Source of the DNA: Chrysomallon squamiferum
Taxonomy: Eukaryota; Animalia; Mollusca
Reading direction: 5' to 3'
NCBI GenBank assembly: GCA_012295275.1
Contig: CM022673.1
Coordinates: forward strand, 14,694,001 to 14,758,000
Length of the DNA stretch: 64,000 bases
In this document: positions 21,201 through 32,297 of the stretch, in pieces
How the letters are laid out: every line of letters starts with the position of its first letter
Position numbering within the stretch: position 1 is the stretch's first letter
The notes under the pieces: generated by a model
The model's input: only the letters and a program-made list of their open reading frames with translations
What the model was told of the DNA's origin: nothing
The model's database searches: none
Translations under genes and position numbers: made by a program

Positions 21201-24200
21201 CCTTTTATATAACACACATCTAAACACACAGTAAAACTTTAGCCTTCTATATGACACACATCTAAACACAGTAAAACTTTAACCTTCTATATGACACAGA
21301 TCTAAACACACAGTAAACATTAACCTTTTATATAACACACATCTAAACACACAGTAAACATTAACCTTTTATATAACACACATCTAAACACACAGTAAAA
21401 CTTTAGCCTTCTATATGACACACATCTAAACACAGTAAAACTTTAACCTTCTATATGACACACATCTAAACACAGTAAAACTTTAACCTTCTATATGACT
21501 CACATCTAAACACAGTAAAACATTAACCTTCTATATGACTCACATCTAAACACAGTAAAACTTTGACCTTCTATATGACACACATCTAAACACAGTAAAA
21601 CTTTAACCTTCTATATGACACATCTAAAACACACAGTAAAACTTTAACCTTCTATATGACACACATCTAAACAGTAAAACTTGAACCTTCTATACGACAG
21701 GCATCATTTGAAACTGTTGAGTTGTGAGATGTTATTTGATAACGTTTTGGAAATTCTAGTGACAGATCCATGAATGGTTCACGTGACCTTGACGCTTTCT
21801 TACAAACTTGACATGTCACCGTGCTGATTAACTCCCCTTGGAATGTGTCAGTCACTATAGGTGGCTCTTTCCTGAGTTCTTTTACCGTCTGAAACTCCTG
21901 ACTTATCTTCTCCAGTAACTCACTGTTACAAATAGAGAAAAATGTGATTAACTCATTATTCCTGAAAGTACTGAAAATGTGTATAGCTCAATGTTACAAA
22001 TAATGAAAATGTTAACAGCTTAAAGTTACAAATACAGAATAAGTGAGTGCTACACCTGTAGAAAAACTCAAAGTTAGAAATAACAAAACTGCAATTTGAG
22101 TAAATACGAACAGCTCAAAGTTCCAAATATAAAAACAGTAAATCATTGTTATAAATAAAGAAAATTTAAATAACTCAAGCTACAAAATAACAGAGAGAAA
22201 TTCGGGGTAGTTACCAGTAAAAGCTGTAACTAACCAGTTTTAATACTCTAATAAACACGAGTAATTTACTGTTACAAATTACAGACTACAAATTTTGAAA
22301 ATAACGGACTTTTACACATTAGAATTACTTAAGAGGTGTTTTTTTTTTTTTTTTTGAAATGATGTTTCTGTTTTATAACAGGAGATAAGAACACACACTG
22401 CAACACTAATTAAAAAATAAATGTAAGAATTACAAACCAGAGAAACTCCTGAGCGTCGTGCTGGAAATGACCTTTGAACCTGGGGATGAATTTCCAAATG
22501 GCCTGAACAAAGGCGTGCGGGCTGACCTGTGCCCACTTTCCTGACCACATCACTCGAAACAAACCATGTAGTTCCTGACAGAGAGAGCTGAAACAAAATT
22601 AATTGTCTAACAAACAAAATTTGTCATCATTTACACTTTTTTAAAACGTGTCTAGTAAATTATAAATTAAATTAAATTTTATAATAAATTATGATCATGC
22701 AGCTGCTGATGATGACAATAATAATAATAATGAAAAGAAAATATAATAATAATAATAATAATGAAAAGAAAATATAATAATAATAATAATAATAACAATA
22801 ATAATAATTATTGTTATTATTATTATTATTATTATTATTACAGTTTTATTAAGATAATTAATATTATTATTAAAACAGTGTTCAGTTACTATGAAGAGAC
22901 TGATAACATAATTCAAATTTTTTTAAACATAACATTAGAATTATATATTATGGTAAATAATAATAAAGATGCTGATGATGATGATGATGATGATAAGAAT
23001 AATAATAATAAATAATTTATTATTATTATTATTATTATTATTGTTAAAACAATTTTCAAATATTGCGCAGAGACTGAAAATATAATTTTAAATGTTTATT
23101 ATATAAATCTATAGCCACTTTGTATTAATAATGTTAATAAATTTGTAATATTAACAATGAAAAGATTACATACGTAAACTCGTCTACGCTAGTCGAAGTG
23201 TTGATGTTGACAGAAGTGCTGGGGGTGCCACCCCCACTCAAACCTCCGTTTTGACATACCCTCTTATCTGAGCTGTCTTCTTTACTTAAATGCTGCAATT
23301 AACGTAAAATTTAACCTTTATTCAGAGTTCAATGACAACATAAAATAGCATTATTAAACATTTTCATTTAATTATATTTTCTTTTTCAAGTTGATTACAA
23401 TTACTTAGACAAAATTAACAAACTGAACAAAGCAAAACCACACATAAAAGAAGGAATATGAAGAAAATGACTTCTTTATATAAAATGAAAAATAGAATCG
23501 TAAAAAATAATCATAAGAATCTTTTTTCTTTTTTTTATTGGTTACCTCAAAATACTCAGTAGTGTTGAGTCTCCTCTGAGTTCTCTTTGAGCAAGGATTC
23601 GGGTCTTGCTCACTATTGGTCTTTGGATTATTCTTACTCAGTCTGGATGGTGTAGTTAATCGGACAGGAATAACAGGAGGACTCAGTCCGCTGTAGAAGT
23701 TTAGTTGTAGAAAGAATTTTCTGAACTTTTCAACATGTCTGTGAAACAATTTGATAAAAAAAGAAAAAGAACATCATTATTAGTTACAGATTTTATTTAA
23801 AAAAGAAAAAGAAAGATTTTTTTTATCAATGAGCTACTTTTAAAATAATACATGAAATTATAACAAATCATTAATTGTTGATTAGCATGAACAAAACTAA
23901 AAACATTTAGCATTATATCGTTATTAAAACTGAAATACAGCAGACAGTTTCATCATTTTATTCTTGTATGTTTGTCATCACAACTCTTCTTTCTGAGATA
24001 AAAAATATTCAAAGTATGTAACTGATACCAAATTAAAATCACGTGGATTTAATGTTGACTAGAAAAATTATTTTAATAAATTATCAGAACATATCATAAA
24101 GAATCATGAAAATTTTAACATTTTAAAATAAAATACCTAAAAGTACAAACCCTAATGCTTGTAATATTGAGTTGAGGTAACATGTGTTGCCAAGGTTACG

Positions 24201-24502
24201 AAGTCCTGTGACTCCAGGGATCAGGGTACGTTTACAGAGACGTGGGTGTAACTGTGGGCTTTTCTGACAACACAGTATCTAGTCTGGCTTTCTTCCTTGG
24301 TGTCTGATACTAATAAAATAAAATTTAAAAAATTAATTTTAACCTAAAAATAAAGTTTAAGACAGATCAGTTTATTTTTTTTTTTTTTCACTTATACCTA
24401 TCATTACTCTGTTTTAAATATTAAATCTAGTAAATTGGAATTATAAAAAAGAGAAATAAAATCAGAGAATGAATGAGAAAGGCAGAGATAAAAAGAGAAA
24501 GA

Positions 24503-24580
<78 letters not shown>

Positions 24581-26171
24581 AATAAAATGCACCTCTTCAT
24601 CTTTCATCTGTATTGCATACTGCGACCATGCACCAAACAGTTTTTGTAGAAGAGATTTTCTGTATTAAAATAAAATTTGAAAAATTTGAAACTTTTAGTC
24701 TCAGTAAACAGTGATTATTAAATGTTTTTGGACTGCAAAAAAAATAATTATTAAAAAACAAATAATAAAACAAAATGTAAATAAATCCCCTTAAACAAAA
24801 CAATATTAGTAAATTTAATAAATGAAAAACATGAATGGATTAGAAAATAATAGAAATAACTGTGAAATACAAGATTAACAAGATCTCCCAAAATAAAAAT
24901 ATATATTTGCTGTAAAATATTTGGTGTACTAAACACATTTTTATATTTATGATTACTATAAGTTACTAATTATAACGTACAAAAAGAATTATGAAAAATA
25001 CCATCATGGAATCAGAAACAGGTGAATGGAGCAGTCTAGAATGTGAAATAATTCAGTGTCAACCATGCTACTGTTCAGATTACTGAATACAATTTTAAAA
25101 TTACCTAAAATGACATTCTGCTGTAGCCAGTTTATCAACCTCATCAGCCTTATTTCTGAGAAAAAAAAAAATAATAATAATAATAATAATAAAAATAAAA
25201 CTTCAAATAATATTTTACTACAAACATTTGTTAAACTTTTTTAAACATTAAAATAACAATAACAATAATAATAACACAGATACACATATATTTGATTACT
25301 ATTATCAGTATATTTAAAGTGTTAAAAATGTATTACCTATTCTCAGTCTCTGAGAATGAATAGGATCTAAGTAGTTTTTTTCCACGCGACTCAATTGCAT
25401 CAAAAGACTGAGTAGTAATGGCTTGTATCATGTCACGTAACAGACTGATTTTTCCATCTGGGTCTGACAGTATGTACTCATCACACAGGTAGCTAGAACA
25501 TAAACACACAGGTAATTAGAAAATAAACATAACTCAAATAAAACACATTAAACACTCATACACAGGTATTTAAAAAATAAGCACAGAATAATAAAATAAA
25601 ACAATACACACAGATATCTAGAAAATAAAAACCGATTGGAAAGCATCTATCAACATTTATAAACCTACTGACACAGAAGTAAGACAGAGATATGACATAC
25701 ACAAACATAATCTACTTCAGTCAGAGAGATAAATACAGATTTCTTCTTTGACACTTTTTTTTTTTTTTTTTTGGCAATATAAACAAAAGTAATAAAAACA
25801 GACTGAGAGGTTAACACAAATAATGGATGTTCAGTCATTATAAACACACCATCTGTAAAAAATAATATTTTCTTTTTTACAATTTATTTCAGTATGCTCA
25901 GATATACAAATAAAAAACAGACAGAAAAACACGCACAGACAGACAACAGTGAATGACAACAAAGGCAAACTCACCAGTAGACATATTTCTCATTCAACTC
26001 AAGAGTTATTGGATGCTGAAAATAAAAATGTTTCTAAACTACTCACAGCTGGCATCTGCACATTATAATACAGACAGCATTTCAGTAATGTTTTAATAAC
26101 AACATTACTTCAGAAACAACAAAAATATTAAAACAGAAAATATCAAAGAAAGAGTAATTGAAGATAACATG

Positions 26172-26219
<48 letters not shown>

Positions 26220-27282
26220 AAACTAAATATTTTAAAAAGAATTATTTTCTTACATTTGTTTGTATAAATTTATAATTAATTATTCAGATCAACAGAAAAC
26301 GTGACAGACAACTTTGCCCACCTTAGTCTCTTTGAAATGACAGAGTGCATGCCCCTCACTGAATCTCCCACACGCGACATGTGAGCAGCTGAGACAAGCC
26401 TGACGCAGAAAACATAAATTTACATATCAGACACTAATACAAACACTACATCTAAATATTTATACAGTCAGATGCTAATACATTTACACATTTGTACAAT
26501 TAAACATTAATACATTAATACAAACACTACATTTAAATATTTATACATTTACCAATTTGTACAATTAAACACTAAAACATTAATACAAACACTACATTTA
26601 AATATTTATACATTTACACATTTGTACAATTAAACACTAACATGTTTATACATTTGTACAATTAGACATTAATAGATTTATACATTTATACAGTTAGATG
26701 CTAATACATTTACACATTTGTACAATTAAACACTAATACATTTATACAGTTAGACCATAATACATTTACACATTTATACAATTATATGCTAATACATTAT
26801 CATAGTGATACACTATTAGACACTAATAGACTTAAACATTTATACAGTTATACACTAATACATTTAGACATTTACATAATTACACATTAGTAGATTAACA
26901 TATTTATGCGACTACACACTGATGTTTATGCAGTAAAAGATATACATATATTTACTGTTAGATATTACATTTAGGTATTTATCTTAGATATATATAATCA
27001 TAAAAACAGACAGTTATTTCAAACTTATTTTATAAATTCAGAACATATATTTGCTTAATAATTGTTTATAAACTATTTACATATTGTTTAACAGTGAATA
27101 TAATCATGACCAATGATATTTATGTTAAATATACAGCTATGTGATAACAGCATAGTAGATGAATAAATATATCTCACCCAGACACTTTCAGTAGTTCCAC
27201 ATACAGAACACAACCATTTTTCAGGATTCAGGATTGATGGATTCTTTGATAAATGAGTTTTTAAATGTTTACAGTGTTCCAT
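17999..27282 (-). CDS. USP44: Spliced gene: ubiquitin carboxyl-terminal hydrolase 44/49-like (ZnF-UBP + USP peptidase C19)
   Basis: 15 coding exons. ZnF-UBP (CKH...[25 protein letters not shown]...HALCHF...H...YVYCYLCDEY), Cys box [81 protein letters not shown], His box [28 protein letters not shown]. These match the USP44/USP49 subfamily; likely a single invertebrate co-orthologue. Confidence 0.92.
18939..19132 (-). CDS. USP44: USP44/49 exon 14 (His box)
   Basis: tttcag|[17 protein letters not shown]...[28 protein letters not shown]|gtagac, 194 nt. Confidence 0.92.
19632..19728 (-). CDS. USP44: USP44/49 exon 13
   Basis: Weak AAG acceptor, then [32 protein letters not shown]|gtgtgt, 97 nt. 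Confidence 0.85.
20161..20229 (-). CDS. USP44: USP44/49 exon 12
   Basis: attcag|[23 protein letters not shown]|gtaagt, 69 nt. Confidence 0.88.
20246..21700. repeat. ~38-42-bp minisatellite filling USP intron 11 (roughly 35-40 units)
   Basis: Unit aaacacacagtaaaacattaaccttctatatgacacagatct, derived from the exon 11/donor junction. Confidence 0.95.
21687..21922 (-). CDS. USP44: USP44/49 exon 11
   Basis: taacag|ELLEKISQE...[16 protein letters not shown]...[14 protein letters not shown]...DACRIE|gttcaa, 236 nt. Confidence 0.9.
22438..22587 (-). CDS. USP44: USP44/49 exon 10
   Basis: tttcag|[49 protein letters not shown]|gtttgt, 150 nt. Confidence 0.92.
22695..23045. repeat. (AAT/TAT/GAT)n low-complexity region
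   Basis: Direct reading. Confidence 0.85.
23174..23292 (-). CDS. USP44: USP44/49 exon 9
   Basis: ttgcag|[24 protein letters not shown]...VDEF|gtatgt, 119 nt. Confidence 0.82.
23546..23738 (-). CDS. USP44: USP44/49 exon 8
   Basis: tcacag|[14 protein letters not shown]...[10 protein letters not shown]|gtaacc, 193 nt. Confidence 0.88.
24151..24309 (-). CDS. USP44: USP44/49 exon 7 (catalytic Cys box); 5' boundary ambiguous (24309 with a 1-nt frameshift, or in-frame 24278/24263)
   Basis: [28 protein letters not shown]|gtttgt. See the finding on the frame anomaly. Confidence 0.85.
24504..24577. repeat. (AG)n microsatellite
   Basis: Direct reading. Confidence 0.95.
24593..24659 (-). CDS. USP44: USP44/49 exon 6
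   Basis: atacag|[23 protein letters not shown]|gtgcat, 67 nt. Confidence 0.78.
25105..25155 (-). CDS. USP44: USP44/49 exon 5
   Basis: ctcag|[17 protein letters not shown]|gtaatt, 51 nt, phase 2-2. Confidence 0.78.
25337..25492 (-). CDS. USP44: USP44/49 exon 4
   Basis: ttctag|[31 protein letters not shown]...[12 protein letters not shown]|gtaata, 156 nt. Confidence 0.88.
25975..26015 (-). CDS. USP44: USP44/49 exon 3
   Basis: ttttcag|[14 protein letters not shown]|gtgagt, 41 nt. Confidence 0.88.
26322..26399 (-). CDS. USP44: USP44/49 exon 2
   Basis: cag|[26 protein letters not shown]|gtgggc, 78 nt. Confidence 0.9.
26430..26910. repeat. Degenerate minisatellite (atacatttacacatttgtacaattaaacacta) in USP intron 1
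   Basis: Recurring motif seen directly. Confidence 0.8.
27178..27282 (-). CDS. USP44: USP44/49 coding exon 1
   Basis: [35 protein letters not shown]|gtgaga. An upstream acceptor at 27303 implies a non-coding first exon. Confidence 0.9.
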
Positions 27283-28719
27283 CTTCCCTTGTTTTACATT
27301 AACTGATAAAATGAGAAACAAAAATCAGTTTAAAAAAAAGAAAGAAAAAGAACCAATAATACAAGAGATTTATTTTTAAAAAGCATCAAATAAAATTAGA
27401 ACCAAAAATTCAAAACAAACAAAAAAAGAAGTAAAATATGCAAAACAATAAATAAATAAATTAATTAATTAATTAAAATGCAGACTCAGAAAGAACAACA
27501 CATTTGGCTTTTTAAAATATTTAGAATGGCCAAATATAAACACAGAAAATACAATTACACAGAACCTTAAATAGTTTACTAATTTTACAAGTTGTCATTG
27601 TATTAAAATAACATATAAAAAATCAATACCTGAGATGTTATATCTAATTTACTTGCAGTAAATAAATAATTTTGTCAATCTACTAATTTATATTTTTTAT
27701 TTTATATTTACATTACAGTCAAAAAGTAATGAAAATAAACTGACAACTCCATGATTTATCTTTTGTAAAACTTTATTAACAAAGAATGAGTTTGACAAAC
27801 AAAAATTGCTCAAAAGTAGTCTCACAAGTTATGTGTAGAAACAAAAGTTTCTGTTTTAACTAACAAGTATCTTTCCTATAATAAAAATAAAAATACTGCA
27901 TTTGTTTCTAACATTTCAAATAAATATTGTTGATGCTGAATTACTAAATAGTTTTTATTTGTAATTCACATTATGATGAATTGTGGTTATTTTAATTTTT
28001 CCTTTTGTTATATTAATGACAACACGCTGTGAATATTTGTTATTGTTTCTAAAGAGAGAAACAAAAGGTTTATTTTTTAAAAACCTCCACTTCAATGAGA
28101 CAACAAACACAAGTCAGCATATCCGAGTAACATTTCCTGTTTCTGTCATGTTTTTCTTGTTTTTAAATAAACCACTTCAAAATTATTTACCCTTTGCTCA
28201 GTTTTACCTACAGTTATATATGTATATAAAGAAATATAAATAAATAAATAAATAAGCAAATAAACAAATTTAAAAAAGTTATATAAATAAATAAAATAAA
28301 ATAAAATAAAAACTAGAATTGTTTAAATTAAAGAAAATTCACTTAAATCGTTATTTTTGGTCAATCTTCATTATAATTATCTTTAAAAATGATGTTAATA
28401 AACAGTTGCTAATTAATATCATATTAATAAAATATAAACTTTATAAATCACAGTTATTTTACTATTAGAAACTTCTTCTTTTTTATATGAACAAATATAT
28501 TTTCTACCAAAACAGGTATGAAAATTAAATAATTGACTATTTATATTTAGTTGGACAGGGTGCATATTTTTAAGATCGTTTAAAAAATACAGAAAACAAA
28601 CAAATATCATTGTCCTAACTGAAATACTTTGCATTATTTTTTTTCTTATTTAATTTGTGTTTGTTTCATTCTGATATATTTTTGTTATTATTGATATATA
28701 TATTTTAAATTATTATTTT

Positions 28720-29465
28720 GCTCGCTGGACGTTTTGCTGAAGATAATATTTTACAGTTATAAAACTCCGCAGTACTCACTGTACTGTGTACACAAATTGA
28801 CAAAGCAAAAAAACAACTGAAACTAAGACAAAAAATCATATACAGTCACCACTATAAAGAAACGATCAGCGGTTAATATGTACCTTACTATAATAAAACA
28901 ATAAGATTATCGTTGGCAGACGTGCATCGAGACATTTTTATTTCAAAAGGAAATGCTATTCTGCACATCACAAACAACAAACCATCATTTGATAAATAAA
29001 ACAGTTACCTCCCTGGATATCATCGCTTCCATTTTTTTTTTTTTTTCCCCTTCTCTTCCTTGATTAAATCATCCCGCTAAGTGTAATACAACGAACCTAA
29101 AACGTAATTTATGGTGGAATAAGGGAGATAATTCAGAGGTAATAATATTTTCGATTCGGGAAGAATAAAGATGCTTCGGAGTTTTTCCGTTATACAGCAG
29201 TGTCCGTAATCAGCCGAATAGTGCTGTCAGTTGAATCCCCGAGGTGCCCCTATCGTGTGGAATAGTCCACTTCATGGCTTATAACTAGACAGTGATTAAT
29301 ATTTTGCATTCAGTGTTTACTGGGCTTAGCGAAGTAATTAAAATATATGCCTTCGCAGATAAAATGCATGGGGACACTTTAATTGTTATAACATGACAAC
29401 AGCGTTTATAAATGCATGATACCCATATGTGACAATAGGCCGTTCTAAGCTAAGGAATTGCTAAG
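28720..29465. promoter_or_regulatory. Putative CpG-enriched bidirectional promoter between USP44/49 and PLCL
   Basis: Divergent genes with a local rise in CpG. Minus-strand donor candidates at 29008 (GAG|gtaact) and about 28779 (gtgagt) could serve a USP 5'UTR exon. A YY1-like AAGATGGCGG overlaps the PLCL ATG. Confidence 0.55.
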
Positions 29466-29715
29466 ATGGCGGACGATGAGAAGGAGACAGGGGATTCGGA
29501 TCAACAAAATGTTGAAAAAAGTGTTTTTATTAATGGCGATGCAGAGGATAAAACTGATGAAAATGAAGCAGATCAATCTAGTTCACTAAGTGTTCCAAGT
29601 CAGGTTTTACCTCGACGAAGCAGCCTGATGAACAAGGATTCTGCAAATCGACGACCACAGCGAAAGAAAACTGTATCTTTCAGTAGTATGCCGACAGAAC
29701 GGAAAATAGCAACTG
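29466..29715 (+). CDS. PLCL2: PLCL exon 1
   Basis: aagATGGcgg start. MADDEKETG...[10 protein letters not shown]...[19 protein letters not shown]|gtaagt. Confidence 0.9.
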
Positions 29716-32261
29716 GTAAGTGAAATATAAACTTGTAATTTCAAAGAGCACCGTAAAACTTTAATTCGTACACATATTAAATGCAGTATCACCATGATAA
29801 TGATCTTCATAAAGTCAGACCGAATGTTTTTCATTGTAAATGCTTGTTTGTTTCATCTGTCATCTTCTCAATGTTTTTGATTTTTGAAATAAATAAATAA
29901 ATAACCCAAACTATTAAACATAAACGAATCAGTTTATTTTATTAAATGATAAAAAGTCAATAAATATTTATATGTAAATAGTTTTCATTATTTTCTCATA
30001 ATGTATATATTAATAATGTAGAGTAATGCACAAAACTGCATAATCAAACATTTAATGTGGACTTCATTTTTTAAAGAAATGTAATCATATGCTTCATTCT
30101 TTTATTTATAAAATTAAATTTGCAAAAAAGAAAACTAAACTTTTAATATCTGACATATTGTATATGAGAGATGACTGAGGAGTTGATAAATCAATCAGTT
30201 GAAAACAATTGAAAAATATTAGAAAAAAATACGTTAGAAAAACATTGTTTCCTGAAAGAAGAATCAGTTATAGATTTCATGTGAATACAAAAATGATATG
30301 CAAAATTTGTGTTAAGTAGAAACCAATTTTTGTCAGTATTTAAATTAAATTGTTCATCTTTTAAATATTTTAATGAACAAAGTAGATCTTAGTAGACCAA
30401 AATGCCCCAAAAGATGCCTATATAAAAGAAAAACAAATTTGGAGGAGCCAGCAGTAAAATCTCTAGCATTGAAAAAAACTTCATATTATATAATTAAATA
30501 TGCTTTTCAAAAATAAGTATTCAAAATAAGTTAACTTTAGAAAAATTAAAGCAGCATTCTAAACACATTGGTTTGGTAAATGATATTGACAGTGTTAACA
30601 TCAGAAAATGTTTTAGCCAGAAGTAGGTAAGAAAAGAAACAGATAATTTTGAACTTTTGTAAGGATACAGTATTTGTGTAAATAGTTTTAAAAGTCTAAT
30701 TTACAAGATACCAAGACTAGGTTACATACTATTTTATTGTTATTTTTTTAACATAATGTGTGCATGTGTGTGTGTGTGTTTTTGTCTTATACCCGTTTTT
30801 GTCACAGATTAGTCAGTTTTCTTCAGTAATTAACTTTTTGAACATAATTAAGATCATTATTTCAAAAGTGAACTAAAAAGGGATATGATTTGACAGTTAC
30901 TTATCATGCTGCTTGGAATACCTCGTACAACACTGTGTCTACATACTTACAAGATTGAGATGATCTGTATCTAGTTAAAGATATTTTCAAACAGGTGATA
31001 GTTTTACATACACAGACTGAACATTATGTATAATTATATATTCCAGGAAGTTTTGAACATTATAGCTGAATGTATGAGTGATAATTTTGAATATGCATAT
31101 GAACATATCAGGTGTTGCAATATACAGTACTCACCTAGATCAGTTACTGATACAGCTTTGGCAGAATGAGTTACACGTTATTTCTGTTTGTATTCAGTCT
31201 GACTTGTTTGATGTTATTTTAGGCAAAAATGGTTTTGGATTAAATATATGTTCAGCATTCATCATTGTTTCTGTGAGGATGTACAGAATACTATATATTT
31301 TATATTCCTGCTAACAATTTGATTAATTAAAAAGGAAATTTCTTTTTTCCAAAATTAAATATATTTCTGTACGCTAAACATATACTAATTTCATTTTTAT
31401 TAATTACTAGTATTGCATTGTATAACAGCTGTTTGTTTTTTGTTTAAAGTGGTGTCTGATTAGATATATTTCTTTACTGTTATTAAAGTTTTTGTTTAAA
31501 GTGGTGTCTGATTAGATATATTTTTTTTTGCTGTCATATTAAAAGAACTTTTAGGAAAAAATGTTGATCTCATGTGATCATGAAATGATTTTCAGGAAAA
31601 CATAAGATGGTAAATTTTTTCTCAGCAATTTTTTTGAATGGTAAATACTTTCGCCATCTCTGTCTTTCTTTTGCAATATCCAGTCACTAAAGAACTTTTA
31701 CAAAGATACTTATATTTAATATATACTTTGAAAACCATCAGTAATAACAGTGCAAGTGAAAATGTACAGACATATAGACTGATCTGTTTTGTTTACATCT
31801 TCATGGACTTGAATCGAGATACCTCTTCACGTTTATAGTACCATCCTGTACTTTGCCTTGAGTTAGCCTTCAACCTGTGTTTGTTATTGTGTTTGCTATC
31901 TGTGATGTAATCTAGCATCACCAGTCTCCTCAAAATAACTCTGTTGTCCTGTCTTGATAAACTGCATGCAACTCTTGATACCCTCTAATACGATGTTCAT
32001 ACATAACTCAAGTCATATCTTTAAATCACACACACACACTAGATAAGTCATGTCGTCATAAAACATTCATGTATATACATATGTATCTCTAGTCACATCT
32101 ACATATCATGTAATATTTGTCACCACTTCAAATCACATTCTATGATACTTGTGTATCTATACACAGTACATAACTCTGATATGTCTGAATATCATTTATT
32201 TCTACTATGTGAGTCTAGATATCTGAAATGTGTACACAACTCAAGTCAGCTCAGACATTAG

Positions 32262-32297
<36 letters not shown>

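Noticed and set aside
20246-21700. Possible CRISPR array
   Set aside because: Units are contiguous with no unique spacers, there are no cas genes, and the context is a eukaryotic intron
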